Shown: positions 1 to 11,384, counted from the stretch's first letter. The stretch: DNA of 64,000 bases from Polyangia bacterium (GCA_044222245.1 JBGANQ010000054.1:813-64812), one strand, 5' to 3'. Notes: a model not told the origin generated them from the letters alone. Numbers and translations: made by a program.

Positions 1-357
1 CCGTCGTCCGGCAGGCGGTCGATGGTGTAGGCGGCGCTGCGCTCCTCCCCGGTGTGGTGGAGGTGGAAGCGGATGGTCTGGCCGTCGTGGTCGAAGGTGA
101 ATAGCTCGAACTGACCGGCGAACAGGGTGCGGTCCTGGTAGACCCCGCCGCCCATCGACGGCACGAAGCGGAACACATGCAGGCGGTCGTGCGCCGACTC
201 GGGCACCCGATCCAGCCAGTTGCGATCGAGCAGCAGCCGGCTCGCCTCCGCGGTCGGCAGCGTCGCAGCGGGCGGCTTGCTGCGGCAGCCGGCGGTGAGC
301 GCCGCCAGACAGAGCAGGGAGCCGGTGACGGCGGCAGATACAGACTTCATCTTCATG
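1..357 (-). pseudogene. Lipoprotein gene (3' end off-window) with an apparent 1-nt frameshift inside the signal peptide
   Basis: The ATG at 355-357 gives MKMKSVSAAVTGSLLCLAA. After the GGCGGCGG run (~292-300) the convincing, GC3-rich frame is shifted by one base (LTAGCRSKPPAATLPTAEASRLLLDRNWLDRVPES...FELFTFDHDGQTIRFHLHH). The lipobox L-T-A-G-C only follows the signal peptide if the two frames are joined. Confidence 0.45.
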
Positions 358-423
358 GGAGCTCTTTCCTCCTGCGCGACCCGCGCCGTTTGGGCACCGG
401 TCGGCTGACCTTGAGCTGGCGGC

Positions 424-789
424 TCAGTTGAGATATTTGGCGGACGCGGCCGCTGCCTCCGGCTGGCCCAGGCTGGCCTCCAGGGCCTGATCGCCCTCCT
501 CAAGACCCTGGCGGGTCAGAAGGAAGCTCACCCGGCCCTCGCCAAGCTCGGTGCTCAGCTCGGCCTCGAACGCCGGGCCGGTGACGCTGCCCAGGGCCAG
601 ATCCTTGTGCAGGCGGACCACCTTGCCGGTGATGAGGTCGCCCTGGATGCGCTCGATGTTGTCGCGGGTGTGGTAGAGGCGGTAGGCCGCCTGATAAAGT
701 CGCAGCGAGACCTCCGGGCGCAGCGGGAAGTTGCTCGACAGCACCGCAATGAGCAGCCAGTAGGGTGGTGCCGGATCCGGAGTAGCCAT
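424..789 (-). CDS. Hypothetical protein (121 aa)
   Basis: ORF with balanced composition (MATPDPAPPYWLLIAVLSSNFPLRPEVSLRLYQAAYRLYHTRDNIERIQGDLITGK...). No family recognised. Confidence 0.6.
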   Translation of the reverse strand: MATPDPAPPYWLLIAVLSSNFPLRPEVSLRLYQAAYRLYHTRDNIERIQGDLITGKVVRLHKDLALGSVTGPAFEAELSTELGEGRVSFLLTRQGLEEGDQALEASLGQPEAAAASAKYLN

Positions 790-928
790 AGGTGCAGAGT
801 AGCCGATTCGCCGCCCCGGTGAAATAGAAGGACCGGGCCGGGGTATAGTGCCGGCCCCTGCGCATCCGCGAACATCTATAAGCGCTCAGATATAAGCGCT
901 CCGAGCCAAAGGACCCCAACGAGGAACC

Positions 929-2077
929 ATGGAACGCATCTCGCTGTCCCGTCCGAGCATCACCGACGAAGAGGTCGCCGCCGCCGAGAGCACGCTGCGC
1001 TCGCGCTGGCTGGTCTACGGGCCGCAGAACCGCGCCTTCGAGGACGAGCTCGGCGCCGCTTGCGGTCGCCGTCACGCCATCGCCGTCAGCTCGGGCACCG
1101 CGGCGCTGCACCTCCTGATGCTGGCCGTCTACGGGCCGACCGGACCGGCGGCGGGGTCGCGGCTGCTGGCGCCGGCGTTTACCTTCCCGGCGAGCGTCAA
1201 CGTCCTCCGCTTCCTGCCCGGGCCGCCGGTCACCGTCCACCTGGCCGACGTCGATCCGCAGACCTTCTGCCTGCCGGCGGCGACGCTGCAGGCCTGGCAG
1301 GCCAGCGGGCCGGCGCTGACCATGGTGGTGCACCAGTTCGGCTACCCCTCGCCGCTGCCGCCGCTGTCGGCGGAGGCGGAGCGGCTGGTCATCTCGGACG
1401 CCGCCTGCGCCATCGGGGCAGCGGCGGCGCTGCGCGGCCGCGCCGCCTGCCTGTCGTTCCATCCCCGCAAGCTGCTCACCACCGGCGAGGGCGGGGCGAT
1501 CCTCACCGACGATGACGCGCTGGCGGCCGAGCTGCGGCAGCTGCGCGCCCATGGCCTGGTCGCGGTGACCGGCGAGGAGGTGCAGACCCTGCCGGCGCCC
1601 GGCCTGAACTATCGCCTGCCCGAGCTCGGGGCCGCCATCGGCCGCGTCCAGCTGCGGCGCCTGCCGACGCTGCTGGCGCTGCACCGCGAGCGCGCCGAGC
1701 GCTACCGGGCGCGCCTTGGAGCCGCCGGGCTGCCGCTGCAGGCCGACACGCCCGAGCGGGTGTGGCAGACCCTTTCGGTGATCCTCCCCGACCGGGTGGA
1801 CCGCCAGCAGCTGCGCGCCGAGCTGCTCGCCGCCGGCATCGAGACCCAGATTGCTTCCTACGGTCTGCACCGCCTGGCGGCGTATAAAGACGCGCCGGTC
1901 TTTGCCCCAGGTGGCGCTGCGTCCGCGCAGTCGACCGGCGCCAGCGCGCTGCCGGTGACCGAGCGCCTGCACCAAAAAGGGCTGGCCTTGCCGCTGCACA
2001 GCGAGCTGTCGCTCGCCGACGTCGATCGGGTGTGCGACGCGCTGCTGAGTCGCCTTGGGCCGCGGGCGGGAGCTTAG
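929..2077 (+). CDS. DegT/DnrJ/EryC1/StrS-family PLP-dependent (sugar) aminotransferase
   Basis: N-terminal SRPSITDEEV...AIAVSSGTAALHL and the PLP-lysine block SFHPRKLLTTGEGGAILTDD are typical of the family. Confidence 0.9.
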   Translation: MERISLSRPSITDEEVAAAESTLRSRWLVYGPQNRAFEDELGAACGRRHAIAVSSGTAALHLLMLAVYGPTGPAAGSRLLAPAFTFPASVNVLRFLPGPPVTVHLADVDPQTFCLPAATLQAWQASGPALTMVVHQFGYPSPLPPLSAEAERLVISDAACAIGAAAALRGRAACLSFHPRKLLTTGEGGAILTDDDALAAELRQLRAHGLVAVTGEEVQTLPAPGLNYRLPELGAAIGRVQLRRLPTLLALHRERAERYRARLGAAGLPLQADTPERVWQTLSVILPDRVDRQQLRAELLAAGIETQIASYGLHRLAAYKDAPVFAPGGAASAQSTGASALPVTERLHQKGLALPLHSELSLADVDRVCDALLSRLGPRAGA

Positions 2078-3292
2078 ATGCGGATGGCAAGTCGCCGACC
2101 GGACCGGGGATCGCGCCTGCGTCAGGCCCGCCTGCGGCGCGCGGGCGGAGCCAGTCCGTCCTGCGCGGGGGAGACGCGGCCGACTCGACCCCTACCACAG
2201 CCTGGCCGCGCGGCCGCGCTGGTCGCGCTGGTCGCGCTGGTCGCGCTCGGGCGGTCGGCAGCTGCGGCGGCGCCGGCACCCGGGCCCCCCGCACAGCTGG
2301 AGGGGGCGGCGCTGTACGCCAAGTACTGCGCTCTGTGTCACGGGGCGCGCGGGCAGGGCTACGCCGCCGATCACGCCAACGCCCTCGCCAACCAGCAGTT
2401 CCTTATCGCCGCCAGCGATCCGTTTCTCGGCTGGGCGATCGCCTACGGGCGACCGGGGACGCCGATGGCGGCTTTTGGCAAGGATCGCGGCGGGCCGCTC
2501 GATCACGGCCAGGTGAGCAAGATCATCCACTTTATCCGCTCGTGGCAGCAGTCGCCGCCGATCGCCCTCAAAGAGGGGCTCATCCCCGGCCAGCCGGCGC
2601 GCGGCGAGAAGATCTTTGCCGCGCAGTGCGCCGTCTGCCACGGGCCGCGTGGCAAGGGCAAGACCGCGCCCAGCCTCAATAACCCCGTGATGCTCGCCAC
2701 CGCCTCGGACAGCTACCTCCGCTACGCCATCGCCGAGGGCCGGGCGGGCACGCCGATGCCGGCCTTCAAGGGCAAGCTCAGCGCCGACAAGCTCGATGAC
2801 GTCACCGCCTACCTGCGCAGCCTCTACCGCAAGCTGGAGTGGAAGACGGTCCCCGAGACGCCGCCGCCGATCACCCAGATCATCATCAACCCCAAGGGCC
2901 CGCCGCCGAGCTTCCCGCCGCTGCGCGAGGGCCTCTATGTCGGGGTGGACAAGGTCCAGGCCGAGCTCCGGCGCGGCGCCCGGCTGGTGCTGCTCGATGC
3001 GCGGCCGACCTCGGACTGGATGCTCGCCCACATCCCGGGGGCGCTGCCGGTGCCCTACTATGATGTAGACAAGATGGTCTCATCGCTGCCGCGCGATGAC
3101 ACCTTCATCGTCGCCTACTGCAGCTGCCCGCACGCCGCCTCGGGCCAAGTGGTCAGCGAGCTGCGCAGCCGCGGCTTCAAGAACACCGCAGTATTGGACG
3201 AGGGGATCTTTGTCTGGATGGAGCGCGGCTACCCGGTGACCACCGGCACCGGGGATTCCCCACCTGCTCCCACCCCCGCGCCCGATCGCTGA
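2078..3292 (+). CDS. Dihaem cytochrome c fused to a C-terminal rhodanese-like domain
   Basis: Two CxxCH motifs (CALCHGARG, CAVCHGPRG). The C-terminus reads VLLDARPTSDWMLAHIPGALPVPYY...IVAYCSCPHAASG...GFKNTAVLDEGIFVWMERGYPV, which is rhodanese-like. The ATG directly abuts the upstream stop. Confidence 0.8.
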   Translation: MRMASRRPDRGSRLRQARLRRAGGASPSCAGETRPTRPLPQPGRAAALVALVALVALGRSAAAAAPAPGPPAQLEGAALYAKYCALCHGARGQGYAADHANALANQQFLIAASDPFLGWAIAYGRPGTPMAAFGKDRGGPLDHGQVSKIIHFIRSWQQSPPIALKEGLIPGQPARGEKIFAAQCAVCHGPRGKGKTAPSLNNPVMLATASDSYLRYAIAEGRAGTPMPAFKGKLSADKLDDVTAYLRSLYRKLEWKTVPETPPPITQIIINPKGPPPSFPPLREGLYVGVDKVQAELRRGARLVLLDARPTSDWMLAHIPGALPVPYYDVDKMVSSLPRDDTFIVAYCSCPHAASGQVVSELRSRGFKNTAVLDEGIFVWMERGYPVTTGTGDSPPAPTPAPDR

Positions 3293-3369
3293 GCGTCCCG
3301 CCCCCGACTTTCTCTTTCCATAGATCTCCGGCGCCGCTGTCGCGTTTAGCAGGGGCAAGGAGAGAGACA

Positions 3370-4383
3370 ATGAAGACCCTACTGGCGACGGCCTTGCTGA
3401 CCTTGGCGCTTCCTGCTCTGCCGGTCCTGCCAATCCTTGGTGAGGGGCAGGCGGACGCCGCCCCGCTGCGCAGCCAGAACGGCACCTACGAGCTGCAGGT
3501 CCTTACAAACGGCGCCCCGGCCCAGACCTACTGGCACAGCGGCGAGAGCTACGTGCTCGGCTATAGTGGTGAGCGCTACACCCTGCGCATCGTCAACAAC
3601 AGCGGCCAGCGCATCGAGGCGGTGGTCTCGGTCGACGGGCGCGACGTGGTCGATGGCAAGGCGGCCGACTATCGCACAAAGCGCGGCTACCTGGTGCCGG
3701 CGTACGGCTCGGTCGAGGTCGATGGCTGGCGGCTGTCGCGCGGGCAGGCGGCGGCGTTCCGCTTCTCTTCGGTGGGCGAGTCCTACGCGGCGCGCACCGG
3801 CTCGGCCCGCGAGGTCGGGGTGATCGGGGTCGCGGTCTTCCCCGAGCGCTATAACCCGCCGCCGCGGCCGCTGTACGTGCCGCGCTACGACTACCGCCGC
3901 GGGGACGACTACTATGGCCCGCTCGGCGGGGCGGCCGACAAGGCCAAGGACGAGGCGGAGTACAGCGGCGGGGCCGCGGGGCCGCCGCCGCCGGCTGATT
4001 CGGCCCCTCGCTCGGCAGCGCCTTCCCCGCCCGCCGGCGAGAGCGTGGCGCAGTCCAAGAAGGCCGCCCGCGGCGACAGCGCCCTGGCCGAGCCCGACTA
4101 CTCCCAGCGGTCCAGCCGCCGCCCCGGCCTCGGCACGGCTTTCGGCGAGCGCGTCAACTCGCCGATCCAGGAGGTCTCGTTCGTGCGCGCCAGTGCCACC
4201 TCGCCCGCCGCGGTGCTCGGGGTGCGCTACAACGACCGCGACGGCCTGCTCGCCATGGGCGTCAACGTCGATGGCGACGGCTCGTCGGTCGACGACTCGT
4301 ACGCCCGGCGCACCGCCCAGCCGTTCCCGGTCCCCGAGCGGCGCTACGCCACCCCCCCGCCGGGCTGGGACTATCGCTACTAG
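3370..4383 (+). CDS. Secreted hypothetical protein
   Basis: Signal peptide MKTLLATALLTLALPALPVLP, a globular N-domain and a low-complexity Pro/Ala C-terminal half. Confidence 0.7.
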   Translation: MKTLLATALLTLALPALPVLPILGEGQADAAPLRSQNGTYELQVLTNGAPAQTYWHSGESYVLGYSGERYTLRIVNNSGQRIEAVVSVDGRDVVDGKAADYRTKRGYLVPAYGSVEVDGWRLSRGQAAAFRFSSVGESYAARTGSAREVGVIGVAVFPERYNPPPRPLYVPRYDYRRGDDYYGPLGGAADKAKDEAEYSGGAAGPPPPADSAPRSAAPSPPAGESVAQSKKAARGDSALAEPDYSQRSSRRPGLGTAFGERVNSPIQEVSFVRASATSPAAVLGVRYNDRDGLLAMGVNVDGDGSSVDDSYARRTAQPFPVPERRYATPPPGWDYRY

Positions 4384-5522
4384 ACCGCGCCGCGACCAGC
4401 TGCCGGCGCCGGCTTGACCGGGGCGCGGCTCTGCCCCCGACTCTTTGCCAGACCATACTGCAGCGTCGACTGGATGATCCGCGTTCCCAGCCGCTGGCCG
4501 ATCTCGTCGGCGCCCGGCAGCCGCTCGCGCACCGCCTGCTGCGCCTGCCCGAGCGCCCGCCACAGCGCCGGCGCCGCCCGCCACAGCGGCGCCCGCGGCA
4601 CCCCCATCGCATCGGCCAGCCTCTCCCCGAGCAGCACCCGGCAGACCGCGTACAGCACCCCCATCGGCAGAAACAGCGGCGGCTGCCACGCCATCTCGGC
4701 AAACAGCGCGGTGAGCAGGGCATGGCTGTCGGCGTCCGGCCGGTGCTGGCGGCGGCTGAGCACCGCGTACAGCGCCTCCTCCGCGGCGCACGACTCGGTA
4801 AGCAGGCGCTCGTCGATGCCCAGCACGTAGCCGCCGTAGCGCCAGGCGTGGTGGATCGAGTCCCGCTCCGCCGGCGTCAGCGCCACCCCGAGCCGCTGCA
4901 GGCTGCGCGCATACACCAGGCTGAACATGACCAGCGTGCTGCCGTTGTCCTCCTGGTTCACCGGCACCCCCCAGCGCGGGTCCCAGTCGCTGCGCCGCTG
5001 CACCATCCGGCGGACGCGGGCGTGCATGAGCCGCAGGTTCAGCAGCACCCGGTGGGCGTGGGTGCCCGGCCGCGGGCCGCCGGAGCTCGCCAGCACATAA
5101 AGAAAGTCCGCCGTCTCGTAGATGCGGCGGCGGGTCGAGCGCTGCAGATCGCCGCTGCGCACCAGCACCTTGGCCGCCAGCGCCGCTGAGTACGACTCGG
5201 CGAGGCTGCCGCACAGAAGGGCCAGGCCGCCGGCCACCGGGTGGCTGAGCCCGATGCGATAGCCGGCGAGCATGCGCGGAAACGACACCCAGGCCGGCAC
5301 CGCATACGCCTGGCCGATGAGCTCGCGACAGGCCCCGGCCGTCGCCGCCGCCCGCCGGCTCACCGCGGCCACCAGATCGCCTCCCATATCTGGGCGAGCT
5401 GAACTATCGGGGCCCGCCGTCTGCGCCAGCTCGAGCAGCGCGGCGTCGGCCAGCGGGTCGCCGACCAGCCGCAGCTGGTCGAGCAGCGAGTCCGGCCAGC
5501 GCGCAGAGTCCTTGTTCTCCAT
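4380..5522 (-). CDS. DUF2236/MpaB-like oxygenase-family protein (tentative)
   Basis: 380-aa ORF of normal composition. Blocks such as LNLRLMHARVRRMV and WGVPVNQED resemble DUF2236 from memory. Confidence 0.55.
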   Translation of the reverse strand: MENKDSARWPDSLLDQLRLVGDPLADAALLELAQTAGPDSSARPDMGGDLVAAVSRRAAATAGACRELIGQAYAVPAWVSFPRMLAGYRIGLSHPVAGGLALLCGSLAESYSAALAAKVLVRSGDLQRSTRRRIYETADFLYVLASSGGPRPGTHAHRVLLNLRLMHARVRRMVQRRSDWDPRWGVPVNQEDNGSTLVMFSLVYARSLQRLGVALTPAERDSIHHAWRYGGYVLGIDERLLTESCAAEEALYAVLSRRQHRPDADSHALLTALFAEMAWQPPLFLPMGVLYAVCRVLLGERLADAMGVPRAPLWRAAPALWRALGQAQQAVRERLPGADEIGQRLGTRIIQSTLQYGLAKSRGQSRAPVKPAPAAGRGAV

Positions 5523-5576
5523 GCCTTGGATGCTAGACGCGTAGCCGGCCGCCCGCCAAGGGCCACCGCAGCGCGG

Positions 5577-6575
5577 TCAGAAAGCGCCCAGGCCGTCCAG
5601 CTGACCGTCCAGGCGATCGGCCAGCTCTTCCAGCGCCGCGCGCTCGAACACCGGGCGGAACAGGTAGGGCAGGTGCAGCTGCGGCTCGGGCAGCTCGGCG
5701 CGCAGGCGGGCGACGTGCGAGTCGTTGAGCTGGGCGCGCTGCCGCTGCAGCCGCGCCGCCGCCAGCACCGGACCGAGCACCGCGTCGCCGCTGGCCGCCG
5801 GCGAGGCCGACAGCTCATCCAGGGCGATCGCCGACATGCCGGTGCCAAAGCGCGGCGGGTAGAGCCGGTTGACCGCCACCGGACCGACCGCGATGCCAAG
5901 CTCGCGCAGCCCGTGGGCGAGCTGCAGCGTCTCGGTCACCGGCAGGTCCTCGGCCAGGGTGACCAGCACCGCGCGGCAGCGCAGCGGATCGGTGAGCAGC
6001 TGCCGGCAGTCGCGCGCCGGCCCGGTGAGCGGCCCCTCGGGCACCGTGTCGAGGATGACCTTGGGCACGCGCAAGAGCGTCAGCGCGTGGCCGGTCGCCG
6101 GGCCGTCCAGGATGACCAGATCGAAGCGCGGCCGCCCGCCGTGCTGCTCGGTCGTGTGGTACCAAGCCTTGCCGAGCATCGAGTAGTCAAGCAGCCCCGG
6201 CACCGCGCGCAGGAACGCCCGCACCACGTCGCGCTCAAAGACCTGCTTATAAAGAAAGGCCGAGCGCAGCACCATGATGCCGTACTCGCGCAGGGCGGCC
6301 TCGGGGGTCATGTTGACCGCCCACAGGTTGTCGCTGACCGGCTGAATCTCGGCGAAGCTCTTGCGCGCCCCGAGCACCCCGGCCAGCCGATCCTTGCTCT
6401 TGGTCTGCGCCAGCAGCACCCGCTTGCCGCGCCGCGCCGCCAGCACCGCCAGGGCCGCGGCGACCGTGGTCCGCCCGACGCCGCCCTTGCCAGAGATGAC
6501 AAGCAGCCGCCGGTCAAGGAGGCCCCGGGGCTCGCCGCGGACCCAGAGCCCGCTCTGCCCAGGCTGGCTCACCAA
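5577..6575 (-). CDS. ArsA/Get3-type P-loop ATPase
   Basis: Deviant Walker A ISGKGGVGRTTVAAALA, and DGPATGHALTLL resembling the ArsA signature block. Confidence 0.8.
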   Translation of the reverse strand: MVSQPGQSGLWVRGEPRGLLDRRLLVISGKGGVGRTTVAAALAVLAARRGKRVLLAQTKSKDRLAGVLGARKSFAEIQPVSDNLWAVNMTPEAALREYGIMVLRSAFLYKQVFERDVVRAFLRAVPGLLDYSMLGKAWYHTTEQHGGRPRFDLVILDGPATGHALTLLRVPKVILDTVPEGPLTGPARDCRQLLTDPLRCRAVLVTLAEDLPVTETLQLAHGLRELGIAVGPVAVNRLYPPRFGTGMSAIALDELSASPAASGDAVLGPVLAAARLQRQRAQLNDSHVARLRAELPEPQLHLPYLFRPVFERAALEELADRLDGQLDGLGAF

Positions 6576-6921
6576 AGCTCCAAGGTTGTCCGCAGGCTCA
6601 CGGAAGCAAGGTACGTATGCCCTGTCTCGCTGTCAACGAAGCGGCCACCAGGCCGCCCCCCGCGAAAAAGAGCAGCGACGGCAACCAAGCGTGCGCGGGC
6701 CCGGGTCGCCAGGCCGCGCGCCTCCTGCCGCCGCCTATCTTGGCCGCTGGCCTGCGATTTTACCGCTTGCGGGCTAGGTAAGCTGGGTAGTAGGTGGTAA
6801 GATCGTCGCCCACGCTCACTGCCTGGCTTGTTAACGTGCAGCTCACGTTGGGCACCATTTCCCCAGCCCAGAGCCGGGAGCCGAGAGGCGAAGTGGCCCG
6901 ATTCAGCAAGGAGACCTGGGT

Positions 6922-8457
<1,536 letters not shown>

Positions 8458-8473
8458 GCCGCGCCGCGCCCGC

Positions 8474-9424
8474 CTACGAGCTCGCCGGCGTCGCGAGCCG
8501 CACCGTCACCTGATCCGGGTGGGCGCGGTTGTCCAGGAACAGCACCGCCGGCTTCTGCCCGGCGCTGCCGAGCGCCTTCCACACCGCATCAAAACGCAGC
8601 AGCCGCGCGTCGAGCTCGGCGGCGCTGCCAAGGCCCAGCCGCAGCGCGGTGCCGCTGTCCGTGTAAAGCGTCACGCCGATGAAGTGGTCGACGTGCGCCT
8701 CGCCGATCGGCGGTCGCCGCCCGCCCTGCTGGTAGCGCGACAGGGCCGTGAGCGCGGTGCGGATCTGGTCACGCGTCAGCTCGGGCTCGATGAGGTAGGC
8801 GGCGCGGCCAAAGCCGGTGATCACCGGCAGGTGGGAGTACTCCCCGGGGGCGGCGCGCTTGAAGACCTCGCCGTCCTTTCCGACCAGGTACAAAGAGTCC
8901 AGGCAGATGAGCGCCACCGGCTCGTGCTCGCCAAGCTCGATGCGCAGGGTCGCCGGCAGCTCGCGGCGCAGGGTGATGCTGCGCAGCCACGGCTCGCCGG
9001 CGAGGTTCTTTTTCACCGCCCCGAGGTCGATCTGGAACAGGTTGATCTCGGCGGGCAGGGCGGCGCGCTTGCGCAGCGACTCGGTGGTGACGTGGTGGGT
9101 GGGCGAGATGTAGACGGTGCGCAAGGCGAAGTGCGGGCTGTGCAGGACGAAGTAAAAGACGCCGTAGCCGGCGGCAGCGAGCAGCGCCGCGGCGACCAGC
9201 GCCCCGAGCACCCGCAAGATCGCCAGGCCGAGCGCCGAGGCCGCGGCGTGCTTGGCGGCCCCGCCCGCTCGCTTGCTCTGGGCAGCGGGCGCGGGGCGGG
9301 AGTAGTGGGCAGCGAGGCGACGGTTGCCGCGCCGCCAGAACAGGAGCTGGGCGAGCAGCGGCGGCCGTCTGCCCCCGCCCCGACCTCTTGAAAGAGGGCG
9401 GGTGCGGCGTCCGACAGGCGTCAT
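8474..9424 (-). CDS. ftsQ: FtsQ/DivIB-type POTRA cell-division protein
   Basis: Only the last 316 codons of the 903-aa track ORF look real. They comprise an Arg-rich N-terminus, a TM helix, POTRA (FALRTVYISPTHHVTTESL...PWLRSITLRRELPATLRIELGEHEPVAL) and an FtsQ C-domain. The ATG is at 9422-9424. Confidence 0.75.
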   Translation of the reverse strand: MTPVGRRTRPLSRGRGGGRRPPLLAQLLFWRRGNRRLAAHYSRPAPAAQSKRAGGAAKHAAASALGLAILRVLGALVAAALLAAAGYGVFYFVLHSPHFALRTVYISPTHHVTTESLRKRAALPAEINLFQIDLGAVKKNLAGEPWLRSITLRRELPATLRIELGEHEPVALICLDSLYLVGKDGEVFKRAAPGEYSHLPVITGFGRAAYLIEPELTRDQIRTALTALSRYQQGGRRPPIGEAHVDHFIGVTLYTDSGTALRLGLGSAAELDARLLRFDAVWKALGSAGQKPAVLFLDNRAHPDQVTVRLATPASS

Positions 9425-9649
9425 GAGCGCGAGTCTAGGCAGCCCCCTTTCGGCTGTCCATTTTCGCGCTCCCGCAGGTCTTATCCCCTCCTGGCGCCTC
9501 TTATTGCAGGTCCCCCGGTTGAAGGTCCCCGGGCGCGGGCGGGGCGGCTTTTTTCGCAGACAAATCCCTGGGCTGGCGGCAAAATCAGCTGCTGTGCTCG
9601 CGGTAACCCTGAAGACCCGGGGGACCGCGGGCGGAGGGGACCCGGCACT

Positions 9650-10729
9650 GTGGAGGATGGCTTGAGACCGATGACGAGCGAGACCCGCGCGCCAAGGGGA
9701 AGCGGCGCCGCCAGCCGGCTCGGCCTGGTGCTGGTGGCCCTGGCGCTGCCCGCTGCCGCCTGCCAGAGCACCCCCGCCCCCGTCCCGCCCGTCGCCGTGG
9801 CGCCTCCGCCCGCCACCGCTGCCCCGGCTGATTCCGCGGCCGCTGCCCCCGCCGCTGCGGAGGACCCCGCCGTCCTCGCCAACCGCCAGCGCCACCACGC
9901 CTTTACCGAGAAGATCCTGACCCTGGAGAAAGAGCAGGTAAACGACTTCTGGCACTGCCTGTTTGGCGAAGAGGGCAGCGGCTTCCGGTTCGACAGCCAG
10001 GAGGCCCTCAAGGCGGCGCTCGGGGCCCAGCTGGAAACCGAGCCCAAGGCCTTCCTCGCCCGCGCCGGCAGCGAGTGCGTCGCCGCCGCGCAGAAGGCGG
10101 CGGCCGCCGTGAAGCAGCTGACGGCGCCCGCGGAGTACCAGGAGACGCTGCAGCGCTACGAGAAGAGCTGCACCGCGCTCGCCGCCGGCCTGACCCAGTG
10201 GACCGCCGGCGCGACCCGGGGGCTCGCGCTGCGCGAGCAGCAGCAGCGGGTGCTGGCCGCCGGGGACAAGTGGAGCGCCGCCAGCGGCACCGGCCCGCTC
10301 GATCCCCAGGCCTTCCACTACCATCAGTTCCTGCACTGCGCGGTGCCCGACCTCGACAAGCTGGCCGACGGTCAGGCGCTGGCGGACCTTTTGACCAGCC
10401 GCTGCCCTGCCGGTGCCGGCGCCGGGCCCGAGCCGGGCTTTGTTGGCCGGCTGCGCGACACCTGCCTGCCCGCGACGCCGGCGCCGCCGGCCAAGGCGAC
10501 CGCGGCGTACAAGCACACGCTGACCCGGTTTGTCGCCCAGCGGGATCGCCTCAAGGCCGGCTGGGACGGGTGCTTCCGCCGGCTGAACCAGGAGCAGCTG
10601 GGCAGCGACTTCGCGCCGCTTGGCCAGGCGTGGGCGGACTGGCTGGCCGCCAGCACGCGCATGTACGAGCTCATCAAGAAAGCCTTCTGCGATGGCGGGG
10701 AGAAGAAGTTCTGCGAGCCGGCCCGGTGA
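9650..10729 (+). CDS. Lipoprotein, function unknown
   Basis: Signal peptide plus lipobox LALPAAAC, and a helical Cys-containing mature part. An alternative start is at 9671. Confidence 0.7.
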   Translation: MEDGLRPMTSETRAPRGSGAASRLGLVLVALALPAAACQSTPAPVPPVAVAPPPATAAPADSAAAAPAAAEDPAVLANRQRHHAFTEKILTLEKEQVNDFWHCLFGEEGSGFRFDSQEALKAALGAQLETEPKAFLARAGSECVAAAQKAAAAVKQLTAPAEYQETLQRYEKSCTALAAGLTQWTAGATRGLALREQQQRVLAAGDKWSAASGTGPLDPQAFHYHQFLHCAVPDLDKLADGQALADLLTSRCPAGAGAGPEPGFVGRLRDTCLPATPAPPAKATAAYKHTLTRFVAQRDRLKAGWDGCFRRLNQEQLGSDFAPLGQAWADWLAASTRMYELIKKAFCDGGEKKFCEPAR

Positions 10730-10772
10730 CAGCCCCTTGACAGTGCGGCGCGGACCGGGCTTGCTTGCGTCT

Positions 10773-11384
10773 ATGAGAACGACTCTGGTGCTCACCGCGT
10801 CCCTGACCGTCCTTGGCCTCGCTGGGGGCTGCAACCTCGGCGAGTCGGTGGTGCCCGCTGCGGCGGCCAGCCCGGCGGCGCCCGCCCCGGCGGCGGCCGC
10901 AGCTGCCAACCCGACTGCGGCCGGCGTCCCGCGCGCCGCCACCGCCGCCCCGCTGGCGGCAGCGCCGGCAGCGAACAAGCCTGCTGCCGCCCCGACCAAG
11001 TTCGGCGCCCCGCTGTCGGCGGCCCCGGCCCTCACCGCGCAGGCGGTGCTCGCCAACCCCAAGCAGTATGACGACAAGGACATCAAGCTCACCGGCCAGG
11101 TGAGCGGCGTCTGCCAGAACAAGGGCTGCTGGATGACCATCGGCACCGGCGAGCCCGGCGCCGCCTCGATCCGCGTCCGCTTCAAGGACTACGCCTTCTT
11201 CGTCCCCCGGGACTGCCTGGGCAAGACCGCGACCGTCGAGGGCCACTTCAAGCTGACCACTCTCTCGGTCGCCGAGGCGCAGCACTACGCCGATGACGCC
11301 GCCAAGGCCGGCGCCGCGCCCAAAAAGATCACCGCGCCGCAGGCGACCCTCTCGCTCATGGCGACCGGAGTGGAGCTCCTGTGA
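10773..11384 (+). CDS. DUF4920-like lipoprotein
   Basis: MRTTLVLTASLTVLGLAGGC lipobox, an Ala/Pro linker, then KLTGQVSGVCQNKGCWMTIG...VRFKDYAFFVPRD, typical of DUF4920. Confidence 0.7.
   Translation: MRTTLVLTASLTVLGLAGGCNLGESVVPAAAASPAAPAPAAAAAANPTAAGVPRAATAAPLAAAPAANKPAAAPTKFGAPLSAAPALTAQAVLANPKQYDDKDIKLTGQVSGVCQNKGCWMTIGTGEPGAASIRVRFKDYAFFVPRDCLGKTATVEGHFKLTTLSVAEAQHYADDAAKAGAAPKKITAPQATLSLMATGVELL

Noticed and set aside
500-1999. 499-aa ORF on the minus strand
   Set aside because: It is antisense to the well-supported DegT aminotransferase gene. The product is Arg/Gly/Ala/Pro-rich with no motifs, which is a typical GC-rich shadow ORF.
3379-5214. 611-aa ORF on the minus strand
   Set aside because: It overlaps two convincing genes (3370-4383 plus-strand and 4380-5522 minus-strand in another frame), and its composition is R/A/G/P junk.
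8474-11185. 903-aa ORF
   Set aside because: Only the last 316 codons (FtsQ-like) look coding. Upstream it runs antisense through two plus-strand lipoprotein genes.
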